The position numbers and the translations under genes are program-made. From IMG/VR virus record IMGVR_UViG_3300044637_000586, positions 2,834 to 66,833 of that record: a stretch of 64,000 bases of DNA; one strand, written 5' to 3'. This document shows positions 48,453 through 57,865 of the stretch, piece after piece. The notes beneath the pieces are model-generated. The model was given only the letters and a program-made list of their open reading frames with translations, searched no databases and was not told the DNA's origin. The DNA is from a virus. The stretch's first letter is position 1. Each line of letters begins with the position of its first letter.

Positions 48453-50915
48453 TCAATCTATTTCAAAGAACGAGAAACCTCCTTTTACCTCCACTGGCTG
48501 ATAAGCTTCTTTGTAAAGATCTGGCATCCTGCTTTTTATAGCTCTCATGCACCACCCGGTTGCGGCACACAAGTCATGGTTCGTTAAGTCGTCTATGCCC
48601 CTCATCTGACTCCACTCCTCAATTATCTCCCACATTTTAACGTACTTGACATTATTATTGAAGTAGGTCATGATGTCTCCGGCCATTTCGTTTTTCTCCG
48701 CTTCTCCCGCCCAGACCCCCGACCTCGCATCTTGCTTTCCGTCGGAGCCTAGATCTTTTAAAAGGTATCCGTCAAATCCGTTATCCCTAAAATACTCTAC
48801 CAGGGCTTCTCCGTCCGGCCACTCAGGATATACGTAGGCCCCGAGAAATACAGCCGCCTTTAACCACTCTTCGTGATACTCGGCCTTATCCTCTGTCTGC
48901 CTGTTGTATATCAGAACCCAGTCATTACTTACCCACTCGTTCCTAGGTTTGCTGTCGGGGTCTATTTGGCTGTCGCGCTTATAGAAAACAGCCGCCGCTG
49001 CATTGGACTTCTTTTTACCAACCGTGTTTCTTTTATGGAACTTTACAGGGTCACAGCAAAGGAAGAACTTGTTCATTACCGATGGATCCGGGGCGTATAT
49101 CAAACCCTTTTCCTTGGGGCCTATGTACCCCTCTTCCGCCGTAACAACAGTTTTTCTATTGCGTTGATCATTTGGTGGGAGGTAGCTCATGGTCCAGCTA
49201 CCACGCGGGTCGTTTTCAACGTAAACATCGCCCCCAAACCTATCTCCCGCCCACTTAAAGTTTATCTTCGTAGTTATTGGGGTGCGAGAAAACTTGAGTT
49301 CAGATATTCGATCACGCATCTTCTCGATAGGCATACCCATATCCTTGGGTATTACAGCAAAGGCTTGCTTCCATGTCATCGGGAAGTTCTGCTGCAACTT
49401 GATGAGCTTCTGCCATTCGCGCTTGCGCTCGAAGTAGTCCGCCTGGTTCAACAGGTACGACTTGGCTCCTTTCGTAATCCACTTGCCTTCGTTGGACATG
49501 ATTGGTTCCTTGGGGTCATCAATAATGCTTGCGCCGTACTCGTCGATGTATCCCTCTACCGCGTAGTAACCGGGCAGGAAGAAGTTGATGAGCCCTGATG
49601 GGGTTGTTCCGTTCTCGTTACGGTCAGAAAAGTGCGAGTCGTTGGCAATATCAAAGAACTGCGCTCCACCACCCGTGTCCATATCGCCAACCGTGGACGG
49701 CATGATGCAGAACCCTCGGATATTCTCCCCGCGCTCGATCGCTGGTTTCATCGTGTTGTACCACCATGTCGGTATGTTCTGGTCCGCTGCCTTCGCATCC
49801 GTCTTCTTCGCTGGCTCGTCACGGTATACAAATGCAATCTCCGCCTCACCGTCCGCCGCCTTTTCCGACGACGACAATGGCGTGATGAAGCATTCCATTT
49901 GCTCTGGGACGATCCCTGCTCTTGCTGCTGATGCGATAGCTCCTTCATATTGGAAGCGCAAACCTTCCTTTGCCTCTATCCTACCTCTGTAATAGGGGCG
50001 GAAAAAGAAAGGAAGCTTGCTTACTGGTGTTTGAATTTGTTTGATGAATATCTTGTTGACTGCCTGATCTTCGTTCATCGCCTGGATGATAAAGGTTTGG
50101 TCGGGCATATTGAGTGTGCCCCATGTGCAGAAACAACAAGCGATTGCGGTTTTGGCTATACGGCGACCGGAAACAAAATTGATTCCGTGAACCGTCCGTT
50201 TACCCTTGGCCACCGTAATGTTTATGTTGGGCTCCATAAAATACTCAACATTCATCTCATTCATTTCCTCCACCACGCTCTTAACGTCTTGGTTTGAGTA
50301 CCTTGTCTTTACCGTGCCAGCCTCTCGGTATATTACCTTGTGCTTGTAGAACGCGTCCTCTGTGGTGTAGGCGTACATGAATAGGTGGAACATTCTACGT
50401 TGGTAATCCCTGTAATCGGGCCTATTGTTATTCTTACCGAAGTTCTTTACCGGCCAAAAATTCAAGAAAAAATAATTGGCGCCATTCAAGTATACTAGTT
50501 TCCCTTTAATGAAACACCAGTAACCAACATACCTGCGCTTGATTTGGAGCTTGATCCATTCAATCTCCATTGCGTAGTATTTTTGGTTTGACTCAATCTC
50601 TTCGTAAATATCCTCAAGCCTTACGTCACCGACCTCCTTGTACTTGGACTTATTGGTTGCGTGTTTCTTATTGAACACCACCTCGTAAATAAGCTTTATC
50701 TTTTCCGGGGTTTCCTGATAGGTAAACTTTTGATCTTTTGGATCGAACCCGTAACCGTCCACGTAAGTAAGCGCCTCTTCCCTTGTGACATCACGTTTCA
50801 GGTGGCGTGAGTACCACTCTTCAAGACGAGGCAGTGGGATACGAATTGTATCCAACTCGTCGTCGTCCTCATGGAACGAAACGTATTTGTCCTCCTCATC
50901 GTATTCGTACTTCAT
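48453..50915 (-). CDS. terL: terminase large subunit
   Basis: Walker A-like SGRRIAKT, Walker B YRDE, motif III PST, RNase H-like CDP and HDLC. Confidence 0.85.
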   Translation of the reverse strand: MKYEYDEEDKYVSFHEDDDELDTIRIPLPRLEEWYSRHLKRDVTREEALTYVDGYGFDPKDQKFTYQETPEKIKLIYEVVFNKKHATNKSKYKEVGDVRLEDIYEEIESNQKYYAMEIEWIKLQIKRRYVGYWCFIKGKLVYLNGANYFFLNFWPVKNFGKNNNRPDYRDYQRRMFHLFMYAYTTEDAFYKHKVIYREAGTVKTRYSNQDVKSVVEEMNEMNVEYFMEPNINITVAKGKRTVHGINFVSGRRIAKTAIACCFCTWGTLNMPDQTFIIQAMNEDQAVNKIFIKQIQTPVSKLPFFFRPYYRGRIEAKEGLRFQYEGAIASAARAGIVPEQMECFITPLSSSEKAADGEAEIAFVYRDEPAKKTDAKAADQNIPTWWYNTMKPAIERGENIRGFCIMPSTVGDMDTGGGAQFFDIANDSHFSDRNENGTTPSGLINFFLPGYYAVEGYIDEYGASIIDDPKEPIMSNEGKWITKGAKSYLLNQADYFERKREWQKLIKLQQNFPMTWKQAFAVIPKDMGMPIEKMRDRISELKFSRTPITTKINFKWAGDRFGGDVYVENDPRGSWTMSYLPPNDQRNRKTVVTAEEGYIGPKEKGLIYAPDPSVMNKFFLCCDPVKFHKRNTVGKKKSNAAAAVFYKRDSQIDPDSKPRNEWVSNDWVLIYNRQTEDKAEYHEEWLKAAVFLGAYVYPEWPDGEALVEYFRDNGFDGYLLKDLGSDGKQDARSGVWAGEAEKNEMAGDIMTYFNNNVKYVKMWEIIEEWSQMRGIDDLTNHDLCAATGWCMRAIKSRMPDLYKEAYQPVEVKGGFSFFEID

Positions 50916-50926
50916 GGTATAATACT

Positions 50927-51580
50927 TTATGGTATAATCTCCGGGAATATTTCTTTCTTCTCACGCCATATGCGGGAGTAGTGTTCTGGCTGTATGCCTA
51001 AATTCTCTGCGCGAACCGAGAACGTGATTGCCTTCTGTAGAGTTATGCTAACCTCGTCGTTCATGATCCGGGTACGCGCATCTACTAGGGTTTGGCGCCA
51101 ACTCTCAAGTCCTGCTTGGAAGTTCTTATCGTCATTTGACCTATCCACGGGCTGAGTCAACAGCGCTCTTTGCAATGCTGCGATTCGGATGTCGGCGGTA
51201 CTCATAATCGAATAATCCTCCGAGCATTGTAGGCGGGTGAACACGATGTACCGCTCCACCGCCCAGTCTACATTCATCATGCAGAGCTGAGCGTACCCGT
51301 TATCCGGATCCGTGTCATCAACCATGATATTCAGTTTGTTCAAAGTATATCGTTTGCGCTGGTTGATGTCCGGATACGCGTCTTTCACGGGCGTACCTGG
51401 AGCGAACATATATATGAGATATCGAACAATCTTGTCGGCGCTAACCCCTTCAGGAAGGTCGTCAGACCTATCGAGAATATGGGCTTGGCTGGCCAGGTCC
51501 GAGAAACGGTATACTACCGCCTCGTCATCCGGGATGCCTTCAATGTTGTAGGATATTTTACTAAAATCTAATTTTATCAT
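50927..51580 (-). CDS. hypothetical protein, candidate terminase small subunit
   Basis: Position directly upstream of terL only. Confidence 0.4.
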   Translation of the reverse strand: MIKLDFSKISYNIEGIPDDEAVVYRFSDLASQAHILDRSDDLPEGVSADKIVRYLIYMFAPGTPVKDAYPDINQRKRYTLNKLNIMVDDTDPDNGYAQLCMMNVDWAVERYIVFTRLQCSEDYSIMSTADIRIAALQRALLTQPVDRSNDDKNFQAGLESWRQTLVDARTRIMNDEVSITLQKAITFSVRAENLGIQPEHYSRIWREKKEIFPEIIP

Positions 51581-52380
51581 TCTTCAAATGCAAGTATTAC
51601 CCGTGATTGGAATCGAACAAGGTCGGTCGTATTTGCAAGTGTTGAGTCGAGCTGTATGGCAAATGTTTCCTTCAAACAAACAACATCGCCCTTTTTAACA
51701 TCACTATTTGTCCACACGTCTGGCTCTCTGTATTTTGGTTTCCTGGTTGGAACCACCTCTACCGATATTCTCGCTATTTTAGATTCGGGTAAAAATAAAG
51801 AGCCGTATGTTCTGTCATTGTGTATCCTCTTACCTATGATGTAGCCGTTCAAGCTAAAAATCTCACCATTTCGTTTTGTTGCAAAAATGGATCTTGCAGG
51901 TATCAACAGGTATGTTTTATCCCCTATGATGATTCCACCCTCTTTTTCCTCAAGTTTTTCTCTGGAGTAGGAAGAATCAAACCATACCTCATCTCCAACA
52001 ACGCCATCAAACTCGCAATCAAAGTCCCATCCGTTAAAGCCAAGCTCCTTTTCGGGCAGCTTTACGATCTTGCCTCTGCGAACCGCTTGTTTTGCTTCGT
52101 GGTCAATTTTGTTTGGATCGGCCTCTTTTTTCTGAGACATCATCATCTTCATATACTCCTTCCTGGCGTTCTCGTCTTTGTAGTTTGACCTCTTCAAAGC
52201 ATTCAGAGCCGACATCATTTCGTTTATCGAAAAGTCATCCACATGATCTTTTACGCTAGTGACAAGTTTCAATTTACCGCCATTAAACTCAACCTCATCT
52301 TCTACCATGGTGCGAACCTCGACCAAGCACTCTCCATTTAGGAGTCGCAAACTATCAATGTTTATGCTGTCTAAATTCAT
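51577..52380 (-). CDS. tandem GroES-like co-chaperonin
   Basis: LRLLNGECLVEV...VVGDEVWF...GDKTYLLIPARSIFA, then a second unit GSLFLPES...VKKGDVV. Confidence 0.65.
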   Translation of the reverse strand: MNLDSINIDSLRLLNGECLVEVRTMVEDEVEFNGGKLKLVTSVKDHVDDFSINEMMSALNALKRSNYKDENARKEYMKMMMSQKKEADPNKIDHEAKQAVRRGKIVKLPEKELGFNGWDFDCEFDGVVGDEVWFDSSYSREKLEEKEGGIIIGDKTYLLIPARSIFATKRNGEIFSLNGYIIGKRIHNDRTYGSLFLPESKIARISVEVVPTRKPKYREPDVWTNSDVKKGDVVCLKETFAIQLDSTLANTTDLVRFQSRVILAFEE

Positions 52381-52628
52381 TTTTTGGACTGTTTGTATAT
52401 TTCAAAAAGTTTCTTCTGCGTTTCAAAGTTCTTCTTGCCGACCGGCATTTTTCTTTTTATCTTATTCACCCCTCGCCTCAAGGAAGAGTAGGTTCCAAAC
52501 AGGTTTATAGCGTCCCAATTACTCATCAAGCGTTCGACATCCTTCATGTCTGTCTGCTCTCGCTCAATGTAGTATTCGTAAACCTCTATGATTTTGAGGT
52601 AATTACTTTTTGTCTTTGTCCTTATCAT
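52377..52628 (-). CDS. hypothetical protein
   Basis: 83 aa coupled ORF. Confidence 0.55.
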   Translation of the reverse strand: MIRTKTKSNYLKIIEVYEYYIEREQTDMKDVERLMSNWDAINLFGTYSSLRRGVNKIKRKMPVGKKNFETQKKLFEIYKQSKK

Positions 52629-52905
52629 AATGCTCCTTCAGTTTTTGGAAATACGTGGATCGCTTGATGCGAACCTCAACCTCCGTCTTACCCATCTCTT
52701 CCAGCGTAGACTTGTATCTTTCTATGGCTTTTTCCACCTGATCCAAGTCAGAACTAGATATGCCTGGATTGCAATACAGTAAATTCCTTCTGGCCGGCGT
52801 TGCCATAGGCGTGAATATCTTCATCACCTCATATATCTCTATCTTGTCATCAATCATTCTTTGGACAAGGGAGATAGCTCTTTTCCAGTTGTCAATGTTA
52901 TTCAT
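52603..52905 (-). CDS. hypothetical protein
   Basis: 100 aa overlapping ORF. Confidence 0.55.
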   Translation of the reverse strand: MNNIDNWKRAISLVQRMIDDKIEIYEVMKIFTPMATPARRNLLYCNPGISSSDLDQVEKAIERYKSTLEEMGKTEVEVRIKRSTYFQKLKEHYDKDKDKK

Positions 52906-53113
52906 AAATAAAAGCTACGTCTCGTTCGTGAACCGTGTATACATCAAGACCCTGCACTTCAACTTTTTCAATCTTTCCGATCACGCAAAGCCTCTGTCCA
53001 ACTTCAAATTGTAATCCAGCACCAACATGAGTTATGGTTACGTCTTTTTGTTTTTTAGACACCTTGTCTACAGTCACAAAAATTCTTCCGTCTGGTGGTC
53101 TCAATTTTGTCAT
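52898..53113 (-). CDS. minimal GroES-like protein
   Basis: KLRPPDGRIFV...THVGAG...EVGQR...YTVHERDV. Confidence 0.6.
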   Translation of the reverse strand: MTKLRPPDGRIFVTVDKVSKKQKDVTITHVGAGLQFEVGQRLCVIGKIEKVEVQGLDVYTVHERDVAFIYE

Positions 53114-53117
53114 GGTG

Positions 53118-53185
53118 CAAATATACTCAAAAACAACACAGTGTCAACTTCTTGCTTGGAAATAAGACTAAACAACGTAAATTTG
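53118..53185. promoter_or_regulatory. divergent promoter pair at the strand switch
   Basis: Minus TATATTTG at 53118-53125 and plus TAAATTTG at 53178-53185, each 4 nt from an ATG. Confidence 0.7.
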
Positions 53186-53189
53186 CTCT

Positions 53190-53381
53190 ATGTTTATCGT
53201 TTCAATTCTATTAGTTGTATTCTGCCTTACGTTCATGATCAAGAACTCCATATATGGCTGTGGCAAAAGATGTTACAAGACCCGGAAGGAGGCTCAGGAA
53301 CACTGTGACCATGATCAAAAGGTGTTCATGTGCTGGGAGTGTGAGACGTGGCACATAAAAAATAATGAAGAAAATACTTGA
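53190..53381 (+). CDS. small zinc-finger-like protein
   Basis: CGKRCY...CWECETWH. Confidence 0.55.
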   Translation: MFIVSILLVVFCLTFMIKNSIYGCGKRCYKTRKEAQEHCDHDQKVFMCWECETWHIKNNEENT

Positions 53382-53400
53382 CAACCTCGCGTGGTTGTTT

Positions 53401-53520
53401 TATGTTTGCTAAAATATTCCGCCCCCCGTTTGTTAAGAGCAACAACAACCGGGGGTTGGAAGGCGGTTACAAATCATAACCAACTCAAAAACCCGTAAAG
53501 TTGCTCTTACGGGTTTTTTT
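53401..53520 (+). promoter_or_regulatory. promoter plus structured attenuator-like leader
   Basis: TATGTTTG box, GC hairpin, and terminator AAAAACCCGTAA..TTACGGGTTTTTTT 5 nt before ATG 53526. Confidence 0.65.
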
Positions 53521-53525
53521 ATTCT

Positions 53526-54203
53526 ATGAACACAGGACAAATTGTTAAAGGGAAGCGCAAGCATGACTTCGCGATTATCCCAAACGAAATCTCACAATCC
53601 AATCAGCTTACGATGGAAGAAAAGGGTATGATGTGCTTCCTTCTTTCGCTTCCAGACAATTGGGTGCTTTACAAGAAAAATATGTACGATCAACTTCCCG
53701 ATGGGAAACACGCAATTGACCGTGTGTTTAAGTCCCTGCAAGACAAGGGGTATGTGCTTAGTTGCCGTCACATGGATGCTGCCACAGGCAGAATGCTCGG
53801 TTGGAACCATATCGTGTATGATGAATCTAAACTTGACCGAGAGGCGGATTTACCGACATCTGGTTTTCCCGTTATCGGTGATACCCAACAGTCGGGTAAC
53901 ATCGATATATATAAAGAAACAAATACCAACAAAGAAACAATAATATACAAATACGCATTCGATGATTTTTGGATTGCTTACGACAAGAAGGTGGATAAGA
54001 AACAGACCCTTGCTGTATGGAACAAACTTCGTTCGGGTGAGCGCATACTCGCGGTTGAATGCATGGATAACCACAAGGCTGGTCGTGAACGGAAATACTG
54101 GAAGGACCCGGTAAGATATCTTCGTGATAAAAGATGGGAGGACGAACCACAGGCTAAAACTATAAAACAAACACCTATTCAAGATGACAGCAATACATGG
54201 TAA
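53526..54203 (+). CDS. phage replication initiator-like protein (N-terminal wHTH)
   Basis: FAIIPNE...LTMEEKG...LLSLPDNW; C-terminal FDDFWIAYDKKVDK...YWKDPVRYLRDKRWEDE. Confidence 0.75.
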   Translation: MNTGQIVKGKRKHDFAIIPNEISQSNQLTMEEKGMMCFLLSLPDNWVLYKKNMYDQLPDGKHAIDRVFKSLQDKGYVLSCRHMDAATGRMLGWNHIVYDESKLDREADLPTSGFPVIGDTQQSGNIDIYKETNTNKETIIYKYAFDDFWIAYDKKVDKKQTLAVWNKLRSGERILAVECMDNHKAGRERKYWKDPVRYLRDKRWEDEPQAKTIKQTPIQDDSNTW

Positions 54204-56124
54204 GGTATCAATCTACAAAGACTTCAATGACCTGCAAGGACACCAAATTACTGTGTTGGGCGCACTTGAACGAATTAGGACTGGAAAATCAAAGACACTT
54301 GTTGAGCAGGCGCGGGAAGCCAAAACCAAGAAAGAGGCGGACGATTTAAAAAAGAAACTTCCTGCCGTTTGTTTTAGCGGCACTTTTTCCAAAAGAAAGG
54401 ACTCAGATCTGCTTGAGCATTCAGGATACATCGTTTTAGACTTCGATAACGTGTCGGATATGGCCCAAAAACGAAGCGAATTGTCACTTATAAGTTACAT
54501 TACCGCTGTTTGGGTTTCACCCTCTGGAAAGGGCTTAAAATCGCTCGTCCAAATTGAGTGGAAAACCAAACATAAAGAGCATTTTGATGCACTAATGGCG
54601 GAAATGCCCGACATTGATAAGACCGGCCGTAATGTTTCCCGCCTATGTTTTGAGTCGTATGATCCGGAATTGTACTACAATCCAAACGCGGAAGTTTACA
54701 CCAAGCTGCCTGTAAAGAAGGAAGACAGGAGGTTGCCACAACAGACAACTACCGAAACCATCAACGATGACGATGCCATATTCAAGAACCTGCTTACATG
54801 GATGACGTCCAAGGGTGACGCGTTCCGTGAGGGGGAGAGGAACCACTTTGTGTTCAAGTTAGCCGCAAGCTGTTGCCGGTTTGGGATGATGGAAGAGACC
54901 TGCTACAGCCTGATGATGATGCACGTTGTCCCTGACGCTAGTTTCAGCCAAAGGGAATGTAAGCAAGCTATTAGTAGCGCGTACAGGGCTAACATGAATC
55001 AGTGGAATACAGCTGAATTTACAAAAGACCAACTGGTTACAAAGAGTAACCGGAAGGAAATTGACATTGTAATCACCGCAGAAGATGCGGAGAATATTGC
55101 GGCGAATGATGTGATTTATGCGGAGGAAGTGATTGAGCAAGCCTCCGACATTTACTTACATGGATACAGGGCCGCTCAACCGTTAGGCGTTCCGCTACTC
55201 GATAGGCACTTCAAGCGCGTGAAAGGCGATTTAACAATTGTTTCCGGAATAGGAAACTACGGTAAGTCTTCGTTTATGAAGTGGGAAATGGTATTTCGCA
55301 TTGTTAGGTTTGGGGAGAAGGTTGCCATCTTCACTCCCGAAGAATTGCCCGCAGAACAGTTCTACCACGACCTTGTGGAGATATACTTCGGCAAAGACTG
55401 CACGCCCAACAACCCCAACCGTCCGCCATACGATCTGTACATGAAGGCTTACAAGATGATTGGCGAACACATCTTCATGGTGTACCCTAAGAGTGTAAGC
55501 CCTACCCCCGAATACGTTAAGGAGGTATTCCTTACCCTCATTGTCAAGCACGGGGTGGAACGGGTTGTTATTGACCCTTTCAATCAAATGGCCAACGACT
55601 ACGCCAAGGGAGGGGGGCGAAGCGACAAGTACCTGGAGACGTTCCTGTCTGACTGCACCCGCTTTGCCCGCAAGAACAACGTGTACTTCGACATTGTAGT
55701 CCACCCGCACAAGATGCGTAAGGGCGATGACGGCAACTACCCATGCCCGGAAGTGTTTGATCTTGCAGATGGTGCGATGTGGAACAACAAGGCCGACAAC
55801 ATCCTGATCTACCACCGACCATTTGCTCAGACGGCCCCCGAAAGCCCAATATGCGAGTTTCACTCCAAGAAGATACGCCGACAGAAGATTGTGGGCATCA
55901 AGGGTTTCTTTGAGTTTCAACTACAGAGGAACACCCGCAGGTTCACGTTCGAGGGCGTTGATTACCTTCATCAGGCGATCGAGGGTAAATATGTACAGGC
56001 GCAGATTGAAGAACCGAAGCCATCAGTCATCCGTCCAAATAGGAACTGGACTGATTCCAAAGAAGCCAAGGAATGGAATGAAGATATTCAGCACCCGAAC
56101 GGGTATAAAGAGGCTTGGGAATGA
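54184..56124 (+). CDS. primase-helicase (BT4734/VirE-N-like primase, PriCT, SF4 helicase)
   Basis: KKKLPAVCFSG, LDFD, SPSGKGLK, RLCFESYDP; EGERN; SGIGNYGKS, VIDPFN, VVHPHK, KADN. Confidence 0.85.
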   Translation: MTAIHGKVSIYKDFNDLQGHQITVLGALERIRTGKSKTLVEQAREAKTKKEADDLKKKLPAVCFSGTFSKRKDSDLLEHSGYIVLDFDNVSDMAQKRSELSLISYITAVWVSPSGKGLKSLVQIEWKTKHKEHFDALMAEMPDIDKTGRNVSRLCFESYDPELYYNPNAEVYTKLPVKKEDRRLPQQTTTETINDDDAIFKNLLTWMTSKGDAFREGERNHFVFKLAASCCRFGMMEETCYSLMMMHVVPDASFSQRECKQAISSAYRANMNQWNTAEFTKDQLVTKSNRKEIDIVITAEDAENIAANDVIYAEEVIEQASDIYLHGYRAAQPLGVPLLDRHFKRVKGDLTIVSGIGNYGKSSFMKWEMVFRIVRFGEKVAIFTPEELPAEQFYHDLVEIYFGKDCTPNNPNRPPYDLYMKAYKMIGEHIFMVYPKSVSPTPEYVKEVFLTLIVKHGVERVVIDPFNQMANDYAKGGGRSDKYLETFLSDCTRFARKNNVYFDIVVHPHKMRKGDDGNYPCPEVFDLADGAMWNNKADNILIYHRPFAQTAPESPICEFHSKKIRRQKIVGIKGFFEFQLQRNTRRFTFEGVDYLHQAIEGKYVQAQIEEPKPSVIRPNRNWTDSKEAKEWNEDIQHPNGYKEAWE

Positions 56125-56229
56125 CGAAAAATGACATCTAGGGTATAAATTTAACTGTTTTTTTCTTGCACAAAAGAAACATATATGCTACATTTGCGAA
56201 TATAACCAATTAATTAATCATAAAAATCT

Positions 56230-56862
56230 ATGGGATTAAATCAAGGTGGTTCATCAAACCGTACTTACCTCAGTATATCTGGCGGTAAGATTGCCAAGCG
56301 AGTTGCGGAAGGCACAGCTGGCTCAATTAAGTGTAACAGTAAAGACGGCACTAAGGTGTGGTACGAGGAGAGATACGCCTCTCTGTCTGGCTACATCACC
56401 GACGTGTTCAAACGTGTATCCGAACAGGGTTACGGAGATCAGCTGTGTGTTGTTCTAAAAGACGGAGACAGCGAGTATCAAATCCAAATGCCGTGGTCAT
56501 CGCGCTATTCATCAGGCTTCTTCTTGTCAATGCCTAACATCGATGCAGGTAAGGAAATTACTCTTACTCCGTGGTCTAAGGAGATTGACGGAAAGACCCG
56601 TACAATGCTGTACCTCCGTCATGGACAGGAGGACATCAAGTGGGGTTGGACTAAAGATAACCCAGGTAATATACCTGAGATGAAACAGATCAAGGTAAAG
56701 GGGCAGGTTGTGTGGGACGACTCAGAACGCCAAGAGTTCTTTGAGAAGCACCTCAATGACATCTTCATTCCGCAAATCAAGGCTGTGAGCGCTGTTAAAA
56801 AACTAGACTCTCACGCTCCGTCTTTGCCAAATGATTTTGACGACGACGGGTTGCCATTCTAA
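56230..56862 (+). CDS. single-stranded DNA-binding protein-like
   Basis: Acidic DDDGLPF C-terminus; next to helicase; own TACATTTG box. Confidence 0.65.
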   Translation: MGLNQGGSSNRTYLSISGGKIAKRVAEGTAGSIKCNSKDGTKVWYEERYASLSGYITDVFKRVSEQGYGDQLCVVLKDGDSEYQIQMPWSSRYSSGFFLSMPNIDAGKEITLTPWSKEIDGKTRTMLYLRHGQEDIKWGWTKDNPGNIPEMKQIKVKGQVVWDDSERQEFFEKHLNDIFIPQIKAVSAVKKLDSHAPSLPNDFDDDGLPF

Positions 56863-56873
56863 TTTTAACCAAG

Positions 56874-56912
56874 GCCGTGGCGGGGGATAAATGCAAGCTA
56901 ACCCGCCACGGC
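56874..56912. repeat. perfect 11-bp GC-rich inverted repeat
   Basis: GCCGTGGCGGG-17 nt-CCCGCCACGGC, no U-tract. Confidence 0.75.
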
Positions 56913-56927
56913 TTAATCTAAACAAAC

Positions 56928-57413
56928 ATGAGATATACATTTAAAGACTTAGTGGAATTAGTGCCTGTAAGCAAAAGGTCGGAGTTCACAAAGGTTTACG
57001 AGTACCTGCACAAGATTGAAAATCCGCAGGAAAACGAAATACTCGAAATGGTAAGCAATTACTTTAACGTAACCCCGGGTGATATCAAGAGCGATAAGAG
57101 ATACGCCGACGTAGTCATGGCTAGGCACGTATACATGACCACCGTAAAGGTGTGTTCAACTAAAACACTAGCCGAGGTTGCCAGGTCGATAGACAAAGAT
57201 CACGCAACGGTTTGTCATGCGCTCAGAAACATCAGGAGGGACTATGATTTTAACAGTGTTAGGCGCCATAAAATACGCAACTACATAGCACAACTAGATC
57301 CAGTTAAACAAGAACTATTACTAGACTTTTTCAATGAACGGAACCCTGATATCCTTACCACCTACGCCGCGGACGCAAACCGAGTTACGACACCTGCGGA
57401 GTCTAAGGCATAA
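56928..57413 (+). CDS. DnaA C-terminal (domain IV)-like HTH protein
   Basis: VSNYFNVT..DIKSDKR..VVMARHV...TLAEVARSIDKDHATVCHA. Confidence 0.8.
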   Translation: MRYTFKDLVELVPVSKRSEFTKVYEYLHKIENPQENEILEMVSNYFNVTPGDIKSDKRYADVVMARHVYMTTVKVCSTKTLAEVARSIDKDHATVCHALRNIRRDYDFNSVRRHKIRNYIAQLDPVKQELLLDFFNERNPDILTTYAADANRVTTPAESKA

Positions 57414-57600
57414 GCTACTCATCGCCGACACAAAAAACCTCAAGAAAGGCGTGTATAAGCCAATGGGTAAATACAACAGAGATAAGAAGCTCATGCACAT
57501 GATCAACGTAAGATTGTACGAACTAACGGGAAATGATATGTACATTTGGCTCGGCGGAGACTTTAACGAACTAAAAAAAATAGAAGATGGGAAGAATTGA
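57334..57600 (+). CDS. hypothetical protein overlapping the DnaA-like gene
   Basis: 88 aa, fills the gap to the next gene. Confidence 0.55.
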   Translation: MNGTLISLPPTPRTQTELRHLRSLRHKLLIADTKNLKKGVYKPMGKYNRDKKLMHMINVRLYELTGNDMYIWLGGDFNELKKIEDGKN

Positions 57601-57865
57601 GATAAAGGACGCAAGACGCACGATAAACGGAAAGAAGATTAACGCATTCCGTGTTAAAACCGTTGGCGAAAACAACGAGGTGTTGCAGATGTCCGAGGTA
57701 CTCAACACGCCAGAGGCTGTAAAGACGCATTTAAAGGCAATGGCCCAAGCGTGGAATAGCGACGGAGATTGTCAAGTTTTTGACTGCACTTACCGGGGCA
57801 AGTTTGATGGAAAGTCAATTGACCTGGACGAGTACGACAAACTGAAGTACAATGTCAATAATTGA
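57587..57865 (+). CDS. YegP/DUF1508-like protein
   Basis: FRVKTVGENNEVLQMSE pattern. Confidence 0.5.
   Translation: MGRIEIKDARRTINGKKINAFRVKTVGENNEVLQMSEVLNTPEAVKTHLKAMAQAWNSDGDCQVFDCTYRGKFDGKSIDLDEYDKLKYNVNN

Noticed and set aside
53913-53940. AAAGAAACAA twice within the initiator gene as possible iterons
   Set aside because: Only two short A-rich copies, too weak to call an origin.
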